DNA of 64,000 bases, from contig CBFFRQ010000066.1 of NCBI GenBank assembly GCA_965644315.1, positions 558,001 to 622,000 on the forward strand, given 5' to 3'. The notes below the pieces were generated by a model. The model searched no databases and had not been told where the DNA came from. It saw only the letters and a list, made by a program, of their open reading frames with translations. Positions 1-10,014 of the stretch are shown piece after piece (position 1 is the first letter of the stretch; the number at the start of each line of letters is the position of its first letter). This DNA is from Caecitellus pseudoparvulus. Taxonomy: Eukaryota; Protista; Bigyra: Bicosoecida. Position numbers and translations under genes: made by a program.

Positions 1-1945
1 CTCCTGAATTAACTAAATTATCATATCTAATATAATTTGACTCCATATATATGCTTGAAACGTTTTTATTGTTATCACTAGGGCGTATTAATATTAGTTT
101 TTTTGCTTCTGCTTCATTAATATTTTGAATGTTATTATCATTCATATTTATATCAGTATTGAAAGAACCAGCACTAGCAACAGCATTATCAACATAATTT
201 TTTGTTGCGGCGTCTGTATTTGCTGTAGGTTCTGCCAGTTGTTCTATTTTATTATACCCCATATTTAATTTATAATTAGTATCAATATGATTTCTTGTGA
301 TTTGAAGAGCCATAACATCGTTTGTTCCGTCTTTCACATAGAATCTGTGACCTCCAAATGAGCTATTTATTAAACTATCATAACTTACATAATTTCCAAC
401 CATTCTAATACTTGCCACGCTTTTATTACCATCATCAGGTTTGATTAATGTTAATCTTTTTGCTTGTGCTTCATCAATATCTAAAATGTCATTATCATTT
501 AAATCTAATTGTGTGTATGAAGTTGTGAGAGATTCAGAAAATCCAAAAATGTCTTGGTCTCCTGAAGTTTCGGTAAGTGTTGTTATTTTGAATGTTTTTG
601 CAGGTGCTGATGAGTATAATTCTAAAGCTGTCCCAGACCCTGCATTATTAGTTCTAAATTCCCAAGGTCTTCCAGTTTCAAAACGTAATAAGCTTTGCAT
701 TCCTGCTGATGTATTCTCAAGTATCATTTTATTTGTGAAAGTTTTTTCACCCCCTACATTTTGATTTGTTGTTAAATTTACATAATCAGTTGGTATATTA
801 TCATCTACATATTTTTTTGTTGCTGCTTCATCGTCATCTACAGGCTCAGCAAGACCATAAAGAATATTATTTGACATATTAAAAGGTAGTAATGATTGAA
901 CGCTATTATAATTTATATTAAATGTATTTATTACAGTTCCAGAATTATTATTAAAAAATGAATGTCTATTATTTCCACTACCATTAACATAACGCATTAT
1001 ATTTGTTGTTGGTTCTGACTCAAGATAGTTTGCTTCACTGCCGTCAGTCCTAATTAATATCATTTTATTAGTTTGTATATCTTGTTCAGTAATCAGGGTA
1101 TTTGTGAAAGTTTTTTCACCCCCTACAGTTTGATTTGTTGTTAAATTTACATAATCAGTTGGTGCATTATCATCTACATATTGTTTCGTTGCTGCGTCTC
1201 CAGAAAGTATAGGAGCGCCGACGGAAACCAATCTATTATTATTCATTGAAAGCCTTGTTAAACAATCAATTTGATTCGAGTGTGCGTTAATTCGTAGCAT
1301 TAATGTTTCTGTTCCTCCCTGCATAGTATAAAATGTGTGGCTTCCTGATGATGATTCATTTAAAAATACCAAATCGCCGTTTTCATCTGAATATATTGCT
1401 CTGTCTGTGTCTTGTGTATCTGGATTAATGAACCTTGATTTATGTAAATGTGTATCAGTATTAAATGTTTTAACCCCTGAAATATCTTGATTACCTGATA
1501 ATTTAACCGTATTATTATCAAATTGTTGTTTTGTAATTGGTTCATTTTGGCTGTTTGCATCTCTCACCCTTACTGTGCCTAAATCATACGGTTGTTCTAA
1601 TGTTGTTAATGGTTCGGTTGTTGCATTATTATAAACAATACCTACATCTTGACCGCTTTTAAATATTAAACCTTTGTATCTTGTATTTCCTGCTATATTT
1701 TCTTTTGCAGTAAAACCAGTATCAGCATTAACAGCAGGTGTAGCATTATTAAATTCAACAATTGCATCTTTTACTTTAAATGTTTCAATTTCATTAATGA
1801 TTTCTTCTCCATCCACTTCTAAATTATTTTCAATTGTAACATTTTTAAAAGTAATATTATCTCGTTCTTCCAGTTCTTGAATTACATTTTCCACTAAGCC
1901 TGACCCATTCAAATTTAATGAATAAGATATTCTTGAATCGTCCAT
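1..1945 (-). CDS. Fibre/spike-like repeat protein, >648 aa, 3' end outside window (absent from ORF track)
   Basis: Manual translation from ATG at 1945 (MDDSRISYSLNLNGSGLVENV...) stays open to position 1. Contains three (D/E)AATKxYVD motifs and YVNLTTNQxVGGEKTF / LSGNQDISGVKTF motifs typical of phage tail-fibre and trimeric adhesin stalk repeats. Confidence 0.8.
   Translation of the reverse strand, partial: MDDSRISYSLNLNGSGLVENVIQELEERDNITFKNVTIENNLEVDGEEIINEIETFKVKDAIVEFNNATPAVNADTGFTAKENIAGNTRYKGLIFKSGQDVGIVYNNATTEPLTTLEQPYDLGTVRVRDANSQNEPITKQQFDNNTVKLSGNQDISGVKTFNTDTHLHKSRFINPDTQDTDRAIYSDENGDLVFLNESSSGSHTFYTMQGGTETLMLRINAHSNQIDCLTRLSMNNNRLVSVGAPILSGDAATKQYVDDNAPTDYVNLTTNQTVGGEKTFTNTLITEQDIQTNKMILIRTDGSEANYLESEPTTNIMRYVNGSGNNRHSFFNNNSGTVINTFNINYNSVQSLLPFNMSNNILYGLAEPVDDDEAATKKYVDDNIPTDYVNLTTNQNVGGEKTFTNKMILENTSAGMQSLLRFETGRPWEFRTNNAGSGTALELYSSAPAKTFKITTLTETSGDQDIFGFSESLTTSYTQLDLNDNDILDIDEAQAKRLTLIKPDDGNKSVASIRMVGNYVSYDSLINSSFGGHRFYVKDGTNDVMALQITRNHIDTNYKLNMGYNKIEQLAEPTANTDAATKNYVDNAVASAGSFNTDINMNDNNIQNINEAEAKKLILIRPSDNNKNVSSIYMESNYIRYDNLVNSG
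730..1195. repeat. Near-identical ~95-bp direct repeat in fibre gene (copies ~730-826 and ~1099-1195, period 369 bp = 123 codons)
   Basis: tttgtgaaagttttttcaccccctaca.tttgatttgttgttaaatttacataatcagttggt..attatcatctacata occurs twice. Confidence 0.9.
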
Positions 1946-1995
1946 ATATATTTATAGTGTATAAAAAAAAATATTCTTACAAACTATAATAAAAT

Positions 1996-2838
1996 TTAAT
2001 AATGTTCTTGGGCTGTCCTATATTGTTTGATGATTAAAGATAACTTGACCGAACCACCTTTAATTTTTACTTCTTGATATTCATCATCTAATAGAATAAA
2101 ATCAAGTTGGTTTATTTGGTTGTTTTCTAATAGGTCGTGATTAAAAAATATTTCATCATCTGAGATATAATCGGAGTATGTCCCAATACCTGCTTCAATA
2201 TTTAAACTTAGAAGGACTGGATATTTTAACCTGTTTAAACCTGAACCAAAATAAGAGTTATTTAAAATGCCTTGCTTCATACAAATAAAAACCTTACTAG
2301 TAGCGATAAGATTAGGGTAATTATCACCAATGATATTATTTGATGGGTCAATTTTAATAGCTTCACCGTCGTTATTTTGACTTGCTGGAAATCCTATTTT
2401 ATTCCAAAACTTACCATAATTACCAACTGTTGAAAATTTAATATAATTAGCATCGTTATTAACAATTTTTAAACGTAATGTTGTTGCATCTTGTGTTATT
2501 GTTACATTTCCTCCAGCTGTATTTATAGCCCCTTGTAAGTATGTTGCGAATTGCTCTGTAGAACTAAACACAAGATTCTCATTTACGGTATGTTCTGTTG
2601 TTGATCCATTCTCTATTTCAATTGAAAATGTAGCCCTATCAATTGGATTAAATTGGGGGAATGTATTGGGGACGGATGCAGATTGAACGATAAGACGGTG
2701 GATATAATCACCCCCTGATAAAACAAGCGGTGTCGTGTTAAATTGGGTTGTCCATTCGTAAGTTGTATCATCTGTTCCTTTGTCAATTGCACTATTAATA
2801 TAAATTTCTAAAGTGTTGTTGATATCAATTAAGCTCAT
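1996..2838 (-). CDS. Minor capsid (penton) protein, single jelly-roll
   Basis: 280 aa. N-terminal IYINS, SASVPNTFPQFN motif and C-terminal INQLDFILLDDEYQEV resemble PLV/virophage pentons. Directly downstream of the MCP gene. Confidence 0.75.
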   Translation of the reverse strand: MSLIDINNTLEIYINSAIDKGTDDTTYEWTTQFNTTPLVLSGGDYIHRLIVQSASVPNTFPQFNPIDRATFSIEIENGSTTEHTVNENLVFSSTEQFATYLQGAINTAGGNVTITQDATTLRLKIVNNDANYIKFSTVGNYGKFWNKIGFPASQNNDGEAIKIDPSNNIIGDNYPNLIATSKVFICMKQGILNNSYFGSGLNRLKYPVLLSLNIEAGIGTYSDYISDDEIFFNHDLLENNQINQLDFILLDDEYQEVKIKGGSVKLSLIIKQYRTAQEHY

Positions 2839-2939
2839 TTTATATATTCTTAATTAAGAAAATAAAAAATTCAATTAAAAATTAAATTAGTATTTTTACT
2901 TATTCTTTTTAAAAGGATAAAAGAAAAATTCTTTTTTAT

Positions 2940-4277
2940 TTATTCTACTACTTTTGCTACACCCCCCGCAAGTTCTAATTGACGTTTAAATTTTGTAAGA
3001 CATACTAAATTTTTATTTGAAAAATGTTCAGGTGCTTGAGCTGTATCAAAATCAACAACTAAAGCAGATGAACCAACAAGACTATTAAATCCGTTTTCTG
3101 TTGCGTGTTGGCTATCTTCTGGGGTTTTTAGGAAGAGTCCGCCAAGGACTTGACAAGTATTCACATCTCTTGCCATTTGTGCTGAATATTCGGATGCATA
3201 GCTTCGGCTATGTAATTCAGGTTTTGCAGTTCGTAAAACACCTTCAAAGTGGTCTGTGTATAAGCTTTCACCATTTGCACCATTTACATTTGCATAAGGT
3301 TCTCCTGTAAATTGAATGCGATAATTTGAAGCAAAATTAGTAAAACCATCTCCTACATCTTTCCATACGAAATCGTTTGTTGGGTCTATTGCTAATGTAT
3401 TATATCCGTTTGCGTTTGAACTTCCTGAAGGAACTGTTACATAAGCAGGTAATAAAAGAGTGCTGATAATATCACGCTTTTTAATATTGAATTGGTGTGA
3501 ATGTGTAGTTGCATTTTGAAGGGTCTGATAAGATAAATCATAGCCATAAAATCGATTTACAATTCCTTTTGTGCTTGAACTGTTTGATGTTGGATCAACC
3601 TTTTTTAACATCAGTTGCGCCCCTAAGTTTGTTAATTGGTAAGCTTCCATACTAAACTTAACGTTGTTTAATTCATATTTTATTTGTGCTGTTGGGTCTG
3701 TCCCTCCTGCTGATTTAAATAACATATCTAATTTACTTTGAAGAGTAATTTGAACATTAATAGGAGTGTTACCAACAGGAATTAATTTTTTTAAGTCTAA
3801 TCCAAACAGAGACATAGGAATTGAAAAAGCATAACTTGAAGCCCCTGTTGCACTTAATTCTACATCTTGAAGAGTTTTAACGTTATGAATTGCTAATTCT
3901 TCAGCACTCATATTTAATTTTTTATTCATCATAGCTACCAAATAAGCGTGCTTGCTTAAATTCACAACTAATGCACCCCCAACATATACCTTTAATTGTT
4001 CAATAACTGAGCAAATATCGCCACATAATTTGACATTTGAACCTACTTGACCTCCTGTAACTTTAAATTCACCATCTAATGATAGCGTATCAGCTTGGGG
4101 AACGTGTGAGCCTGTTTGTATTGTTGCATTAAGATTAGTATTTAAATTACCGAATCCGCTGCGTGTCCCTTGCAGGTCGTATTGAAGTCTAGACCTGCTA
4201 TTTACGAGCTTATTAGCTTTTGTTCTTGCACCATCTAAAACACCGCCTAATAGATAAACCTCGTCCTTTTTTTCCAT
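2940..4277 (-). CDS. Major capsid protein, double jelly-roll, PLV-type
   Basis: 445 aa, beta-rich. Contains SVIEQLKVYVGG and FSIPMSLFG..KLIP..NVQITL..YELNNVKF patterns. Lies between the ATPase and penton genes. Confidence 0.8.
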   Translation of the reverse strand: MEKKDEVYLLGGVLDGARTKANKLVNSRSRLQYDLQGTRSGFGNLNTNLNATIQTGSHVPQADTLSLDGEFKVTGGQVGSNVKLCGDICSVIEQLKVYVGGALVVNLSKHAYLVAMMNKKLNMSAEELAIHNVKTLQDVELSATGASSYAFSIPMSLFGLDLKKLIPVGNTPINVQITLQSKLDMLFKSAGGTDPTAQIKYELNNVKFSMEAYQLTNLGAQLMLKKVDPTSNSSSTKGIVNRFYGYDLSYQTLQNATTHSHQFNIKKRDIISTLLLPAYVTVPSGSSNANGYNTLAIDPTNDFVWKDVGDGFTNFASNYRIQFTGEPYANVNGANGESLYTDHFEGVLRTAKPELHSRSYASEYSAQMARDVNTCQVLGGLFLKTPEDSQHATENGFNSLVGSSALVVDFDTAQAPEHFSNKNLVCLTKFKRQLELAGGVAKVVE

Positions 4278-4325
4278 TCTATATATACATTTAGAAAAGA
4301 AAATTATTTTTATAAAAATATTTAT

Positions 4326-5051
4326 TTAAAACTTACTATATATTTCGTTCATTTTGTTATTATAAATCTTCCCTGTTTTCTTATTTAATAAAATAAAACT
4401 ATACTTTTCACCCAAATTATCATATACAAGTTCTTTAAATTCTTCGGTGTTTATATACTGTGAAAAATTATCATCGTATATTTTCCATATTTCCTCATCT
4501 GAACAATTCCAATAAATGGAAACTAAAGTTGAATTAAGCATTCTTACATCACGCCCTAAGAAATGATATTTTTGCGTTGCTATTATACAACCTGTATTTT
4601 TATGTCGTCCTGATGCAAACAACTCAGATAAAAAATTTGTTTTATGGTTGGTGTTCATTTCGTGGTTATATGCCATATCATCAAAAATAAATAAATGTGG
4701 AACTTTTGGATTTAATCCTTTGTATATGTTCTTTAATTCTTCAAAATCTAATGTATCCATTATTAATAATTGCTCTTCATCTAGCTTTAATTTATCAGCC
4801 ATTTTTGATATATGTCTTATTGTTGTATCTGTCCCACTAATTAAAATTATTCTGCTATCTTCTGATTTTGTGTAATATTCTTTACACCAATCCCATAAAA
4901 TATTATGTATCATTTGAGTTTTTCCTGCTTGGCTTGGTCCTGTTAATATCATTCGTGGATGCTCTCCAATTATTGGATGAATTATATTTTTATATTTTTT
5001 ATCCTTGGTTATATCGTCCTCTTCAAATGTATAAACTTTAAATTCTGTCAT
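4326..5051 (-). CDS. A32-like (FtsK-HerA) genome packaging ATPase
   Basis: Walker A GPSQAGKT, Walker B LFIFDD, and GRHKNTGCIIATQKY..VRMLNS motifs characteristic of the family. Confidence 0.92.
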   Translation of the reverse strand: MTEFKVYTFEEDDITKDKKYKNIIHPIIGEHPRMILTGPSQAGKTQMIHNILWDWCKEYYTKSEDSRIILISGTDTTIRHISKMADKLKLDEEQLLIMDTLDFEELKNIYKGLNPKVPHLFIFDDMAYNHEMNTNHKTNFLSELFASGRHKNTGCIIATQKYHFLGRDVRMLNSTLVSIYWNCSDEEIWKIYDDNFSQYINTEEFKELVYDNLGEKYSFILLNKKTGKIYNNKMNEIYSKF

Positions 5052-5073
5052 ATATTAATTAATTAGAAAAAAT

Positions 5074-7146
5074 TTATTTGCCACGTCCTCGTAAAATTCG
5101 CCCCTTTCTTGTTTTCGCTTGTGTTCTGCGTCCTTGTGCTTGTCCTGCTCCTCCTCCTTCTATTTGTCCAGCATAACTTTTTACAATATTTCTTATTTTT
5201 TCTTCCTTGTCTGCTTGTGTAACGCTATCATATGGTTTCCCTGCATCTGGTGAAAAAAAATATGCTTTGCGTTTAATTATATCTTTCATTGCGTCCTCTG
5301 TTACGTCCATTGATTTTATTAAAGCTTTCATATCTTTACTTGGTGAGCCTGATAATAATAATTCTATTTCTTGTGCAATTTGTGCATCTGGATTTTCTCC
5401 ACCCATTACACTTACTTTAATTGAATCTATAAATTGGTTTAATTTTTCGTCTTCTGTGGCTGTTAATTCTCTTACTTCATCTCCTGCTGCAGCTGCTGGG
5501 GCTGGTGCGTCTGTTGGTTCTGGTCTTCTTGGTGCTGGTTCTCTTGTATATATTCCGCTTTTTGGGTCGGCTAAAATTTTAATTACTCTTTTTGCATATT
5601 TTTCTGCCCCTTCTTTTTTTCCGTTTTCATACGTTATTCTTGGTATTTTTTCTGCATTAACTTTAACTAATTCTAAAATTTGTTGTCCATAATATCCCAT
5701 TTGTGTTTTAAATCCACTTGAAGAAATTTCTATTTCGTTATCAGCTAAATATCTATTTAATATTGCATACAAAAATCCTAAATATTGTGGCTTCTTATCT
5801 TGGTTAGCATTTGCTAAATACATTTCTTCTCCTAATTTCTTAGGGTCTTCTTCTTCTGCTTTTTTTAATATGGGAGCTAATGTTAATTTTTTAATCTTTA
5901 ATAATTTTGGTAGGTATAAATAATATACTTCGTTTCGTTGTCCATCTGGTAAGGTATTATATTTAATATCCGCTCTTGCTTTTTTTATTTGTTCTTCTAC
6001 TTTACCAAAATCAATTTTTGAAATAACAATAACTTTATCTTCTAGGGGTAGGGCGTCATATTGTGGTATATTATTTAATACTTGTTTTAATATTGTAATA
6101 GTTTTTGATTCCTTATCACCTGCAATAATATTTATATCCGACTCTTTAATTTTTAATTCGTCAGCCTGTGTTTCATCTAATGAATTTCTTGCTTTTTGAA
6201 TAAAATTTTTCATCTTGTCTATCATACTAGTTCTTGGAGCACCTGTTATTCTTTTTTGGTTCAATACTCCTATAAATTCGTATGCTATTTTATCGGCGAG
6301 GTCTTGGTATTGTTTATCTTTATTTTCTTGTCTTACTTCATCTCCCCTTTGTTGAACTCTTTCCAATAATTTCATACGGTTTTTTCTTAATTCTTCTTGG
6401 CTTGGAATTCCTGCCCCTGTGTCTGCTGGCTCAGGTCGTCTAGGGGCTGGAGCTGGGGCTTCTGTTGTTGGCTTATCTACTGTATGAATACCGCCGCTTG
6501 TATCTATCATTTGTGCCGTTCCTGCTTCTTTGCTTTCACCTGCTCCCCCTTGTGAAGGTGGTTGTGAAGGTGGTTGTGAAGGTGGTTGTGCTGGTGGCTG
6601 GTCTGATGCACCATCAAATTTTTGATTTATTTCTTGTTGCATTTGATTTATTGGCTTTTGTTGTGCAATAAATGATGGGTTAAATTTGTTCTTTAAAAAT
6701 GATTCAGTAGCTTTTGACCTTAAATTTAATATTTCCGCTTGTGAGAGGTTATGACGTTTTCCAAATGCATCAATATAATTTAATATATTCTTTAATTCTC
6801 GTTGTTCTTCATCTAATTCTAGCGTTTCAGGTGTTAGCCCTAAGCTTTTGAATAATTGGTTTTGTATCTTTTCTTCTTTCATTTGCTCATTAAAAAAAGC
6901 TTGTTCAAATGTTTCATCTGTTGTCCCCCAACCTTCATCATAAAACTGTTTGTTATGTAAAATTCGGTCTGCATTTGTAATAACTTCATCTAAATCAATA
7001 TCATCTGCGTCTTCGGCTTCTTGAGGCTCTAATAAATCGGTTCTATAATTTAATAAACCTAAATTTACTAACTGGGTGTTTCTTTCCTCATTTAGCTCTT
7101 CTTGCATTTTATAAATCTGCTCATCTGTCAAAATAAATGGGTTCAT
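5074..7146 (-). CDS. Hypothetical 690-aa protein, possible virion core protein
   Basis: Long ORF in the structural module. Acidic N-terminus, PPSQ x3 and PAPRRPEP x2 repeats, Arg/Lys-rich C-terminal tail. Confidence 0.6.
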   Translation of the reverse strand: MNPFILTDEQIYKMQEELNEERNTQLVNLGLLNYRTDLLEPQEAEDADDIDLDEVITNADRILHNKQFYDEGWGTTDETFEQAFFNEQMKEEKIQNQLFKSLGLTPETLELDEEQRELKNILNYIDAFGKRHNLSQAEILNLRSKATESFLKNKFNPSFIAQQKPINQMQQEINQKFDGASDQPPAQPPSQPPSQPPSQGGAGESKEAGTAQMIDTSGGIHTVDKPTTEAPAPAPRRPEPADTGAGIPSQEELRKNRMKLLERVQQRGDEVRQENKDKQYQDLADKIAYEFIGVLNQKRITGAPRTSMIDKMKNFIQKARNSLDETQADELKIKESDINIIAGDKESKTITILKQVLNNIPQYDALPLEDKVIVISKIDFGKVEEQIKKARADIKYNTLPDGQRNEVYYLYLPKLLKIKKLTLAPILKKAEEEDPKKLGEEMYLANANQDKKPQYLGFLYAILNRYLADNEIEISSSGFKTQMGYYGQQILELVKVNAEKIPRITYENGKKEGAEKYAKRVIKILADPKSGIYTREPAPRRPEPTDAPAPAAAAGDEVRELTATEDEKLNQFIDSIKVSVMGGENPDAQIAQEIELLLSGSPSKDMKALIKSMDVTEDAMKDIIKRKAYFFSPDAGKPYDSVTQADKEEKIRNIVKSYAGQIEGGGAGQAQGRRTQAKTRKGRILRGRGK

Positions 7147-7187
7147 ATATATTATAGACTAATAAAAAAAATTATTGGTTTATACTT

Positions 7188-7625
7188 TTAATAATATTCT
7201 TGTTCCATTTGTTTTAAAATTTCCTCAATTGTATAATCTTTATTTTCCTTTGGTTCTGGTTCTTTTATTATTTCTGGTTTTAGGATTTTTACATACTTTT
7301 TTATTCGCTCCTCTTCCTGCAATCTTGCTTTTTGTTCCCTTCTTCTTCTATATGTTTCTTGTGCCTTCTTTCTTGCATTTCTTAATTGCTCTTGCTTTCG
7401 TTCCGATAATACTTTACGTTGGTTTAATTGCCTTGTTGGCTTATGATAATATTTTCTTGATATATCAATTGGTGGTTCAATCTTAGTTTCTGTGTTAATT
7501 TCAATCTCTTCAATCTTAGTTTCAGTCTCTTCAATCTTTGAACACACTGAAAATTTATTTTTTATATAATTAATAAGCTCTTTTAATTTTTCATAAATAA
7601 ATAATATTGTATAATGTATAATCAT
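7188..7625 (-). CDS. Hypothetical viral protein (145 aa, charged helical)
   Basis: Same strand and packing as neighbours; AT-rich viral codon usage. Confidence 0.55.
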   Translation of the reverse strand: MIIHYTILFIYEKLKELINYIKNKFSVCSKIEETETKIEEIEINTETKIEPPIDISRKYYHKPTRQLNQRKVLSERKQEQLRNARKKAQETYRRRREQKARLQEEERIKKYVKILKPEIIKEPEPKENKDYTIEEILKQMEQEYY

Positions 7626-7658
7626 TTTTATAGGTTATAATTATAACCAATAAAAAAA

Positions 7659-7940
7659 TTAATCAAATCTTACGGTTAGCAATTCTTTATGCACACGCTT
7701 CATTTTCTTTTTTAATGCTTCCTCTTGTTTTCTTTCTCGTTCGGATTCAATAAATTCATCATATGTTAAATATTCTTCGGTATAATCTAAATGTTGAACT
7801 AAATAATAATCAGGACAACTTTTTATAAATTCTACTCGTTGTTGGTTTAGCTGTTTTAAATGTTCTATGTATGCGTTATATTCTTCTTTGGTTGGTTCTC
7901 GTCCTTCAAAAGGGTCTTCATAGTTGTATTTTTTATTCAT
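7659..7940 (-). CDS. Hypothetical viral protein (93 aa)
   Basis: Tightly packed co-oriented ORF with AT-rich leader. Confidence 0.55.
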   Translation of the reverse strand: MNKKYNYEDPFEGREPTKEEYNAYIEHLKQLNQQRVEFIKSCPDYYLVQHLDYTEEYLTYDEFIESERERKQEEALKKKMKRVHKELLTVRFD

Positions 7941-7972
7941 ATTATATATTTGTTTTATAAAAAAAAAAATCT

Positions 7973-8770
7973 TTAAGAACTTATTGTTGGTTTGCCATAA
8001 TATAATTCACTGTTTGTTGGTGTTACACTTTTTAAAATAAAATCAATTGAATGGGCTTCTATTAAATTCTTTGGTTCTGGTTTTGGTTTTAAAACTGTTG
8101 TATTAGGAATTAATAATTTACTTGTTTCGGCTATAATATCGCCTTCCATAACATAAGATTTAATTATATTACTGTCAAAAATATCTTTATAGCTATTACG
8201 AACGCCTAGGATTTTGCTTTTAAATTCCCTTATGCTTTTGCTTAATTGTTGTGTTGGGGATGCTCCAATATTATAAACAATCGCAGGAATACCATATTCA
8301 TTACTTGCATATACTGCTTCAAAACCTCCTAAAGAATGACCAGTAAAATATATATTCTTTATTCCTACCTCTTCTAAAGTGTTTAACATCTTGTTTAAAC
8401 GGTTTGTATTAATTAATAAATTTAATGAAAAGCTACCCCCTGCAATAATATTTAAATCGTCAATAAAATCTATTGGGTCTGTTTGTGTTCCTCTAAATAC
8501 AATAAAAGCTTTTGGGGTTGCTGTTAAATCAATAAATACTGCCATTTTACGGTTGCTTAATGTTTCATTATAAATTAAGTTACTTGTAATAAATGGTCTT
8601 GATGTAGGGCTATCATATACTAATTTACACGCTACCGCACATTGGTATGCATCCCACGGTATAGGGACTTTATAAACGGTCTTTTTAGTAATTGTTGAAG
8701 TTTGCAAAGTTGGTTTATCTGCTGGATTTCCAAGAAAAAAATCGTTAAAGTAATCCACTATTTTATCCAT
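7973..8770 (-). CDS. Class-3 lipase / alpha-beta hydrolase
   Basis: IVFRGT, FTGHSLGG nucleophile elbow, GDII and C-terminal HS catalytic positions. Confidence 0.88.
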   Translation of the reverse strand: MDKIVDYFNDFFLGNPADKPTLQTSTITKKTVYKVPIPWDAYQCAVACKLVYDSPTSRPFITSNLIYNETLSNRKMAVFIDLTATPKAFIVFRGTQTDPIDFIDDLNIIAGGSFSLNLLINTNRLNKMLNTLEEVGIKNIYFTGHSLGGFEAVYASNEYGIPAIVYNIGASPTQQLSKSIREFKSKILGVRNSYKDIFDSNIIKSYVMEGDIIAETSKLLIPNTTVLKPKPEPKNLIEAHSIDFILKSVTPTNSELYYGKPTISS

Positions 8771-8795
8771 ATATTATTATACATAGATAAAAAAT

Positions 8796-9023
8796 TTACT
8801 CAACTATTAAATTTTCTTGTGTTTCAATACGATAAACTTTTTTATTTATTTTTAGCTCCTGTTTATTCTCGCTTTTCATTCTATTGCTTAGGAGTTCTAA
8901 TTTTTCCTTTAGTTCGCCTTGAAATTCTTTTATTTGTTTGCGTAGGTCTTGTATTAGTTCCTTTTGTTCTTCTATATCGTGTCCTAATTGGGTTAAATCC
9001 ATATTTAAATATTTACGGTGCAT
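8796..9023 (-). CDS. Small coiled-coil viral protein (75 aa)
   Basis: Heptad-like E/K/L-rich ORF, co-oriented and tightly packed. Confidence 0.5.
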   Translation of the reverse strand: MHRKYLNMDLTQLGHDIEEQKELIQDLRKQIKEFQGELKEKLELLSNRMKSENKQELKINKKVYRIETQENLIVE

Positions 9024-9061
9024 TATATATTAATTAAATATATTATTTTATATTGATGCGT

Positions 9062-9286
9062 CTAAATTGTAATATAATTTAACGGCTTTAATTTATCTAC
9101 TGGTATAAGTAAATGGTCTTTAATTATTGAACGGTCAAAACGTTTAATTGGCTTGGTTTTAAATTCTTTAAACACTTTGGGGCGATATTTGATATAATAT
9201 ATCCCATCCGTAAAATTAAACATAAAATAAAACCGTGTATTAGGGTTTGTTTTTAATTGTTCTTTAATATATGTTATCTTTTCCAT
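9062..9286 (-). CDS. C-terminal half of a split PD-(D/E)xK nuclease
   Basis: EKI..FYFMFNFTDGIYYIKY..F..F..IPVDKL matches my recollection of the C-terminal part of small viral PD-(D/E)xK nucleases whose N-terminus resembles ORF 10039-10290. Confidence 0.6.
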   Translation of the reverse strand: MEKITYIKEQLKTNPNTRFYFMFNFTDGIYYIKYRPKVFKEFKTKPIKRFDRSIIKDHLLIPVDKLKPLNYITI

Positions 9287-9345
9287 ATTAATTAATATAT
9301 GTTAAAAAACGACTTAAAAAGAAGAAAATATATATAATTAATAAA

Positions 9346-10014
9346 ATGGTAAATTATAAAGATGGTAAAATATATAAGCTTGTTGGTGGTGGTCTGACTT
9401 ATATCGGCTCAACTACTCAAAGACTATCAAAGCGAAAATATCAACATAAAAAAATAAAAAATTGTTCATCCAGACAATTAGTTGATTATGACGATTTTGA
9501 TATTATTTTAATTGAAATTTTTCCGTGTGATACTAAAGAGGAATTACACACAAGAGAACGATATTATATTGAAAATACTGAATGCATAAATCGGAACATA
9601 CCCACAAGGAGTATTAAAGAATACCGAGAAGCTAATAAAGATAAACTTAAAGCATACCGAGAAGATAATAAAAATAAAATTAAAGAATATTATAAAGCAA
9701 ATAAAGAACGAATAAGACAAAAAAATAAAAAATATATAGAAGCAAATAAAGAAAAATTAAAAAAACAACGTAAAGAATATTATAAAGCAAATAAAGAACG
9801 AATAAGACAAAAGAATAAAGCATATATAGAAGCAAATAAAAAAAGAATAATGCAAAAGAAAAAAGCATATTATGAAAAGAATAAAGATAATCTTAAAGCA
9901 TATTATGAAGAAAATAAAGAACAAATAAAGGAAAAGAAAAAAGCATATTATGAAAAGAATAAAGATAAAATAAAAAAACAACGAAAAGCACGTTATGAAG
10001 CACAAAAAAAATAA
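9346..10014 (+). CDS. GIY-YIG endonuclease with Lys-rich repeat tail
   Basis: GKIYKL..TYIGST..LSKRKYQH..IILIE.FPCDTKEEL..RE.YYI..CIN, followed by YY/YIEANKE repeats. The only plus-strand gene in the element. Confidence 0.9.
   Translation: MVNYKDGKIYKLVGGGLTYIGSTTQRLSKRKYQHKKIKNCSSRQLVDYDDFDIILIEIFPCDTKEELHTRERYYIENTECINRNIPTRSIKEYREANKDKLKAYREDNKNKIKEYYKANKERIRQKNKKYIEANKEKLKKQRKEYYKANKERIRQKNKAYIEANKKRIMQKKKAYYEKNKDNLKAYYEENKEQIKEKKKAYYEKNKDKIKKQRKARYEAQKK
9681..9840 (+). repeat. 90-bp-period direct repeat (two 15-aa units) in the GIY-YIG tail
   Basis: taaagaatattataaagcaaataaagaacgaataagacaaaa starts at both 9681 and 9771. Confidence 0.85.

Noticed and set aside
441-10005. Antisense and alternative-frame ORFs in the viral region (e.g. 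441-764, 1360-1560, 5207-5692, 9757-10005)
   Set aside because: They are shadows of longer, motif-bearing genes.
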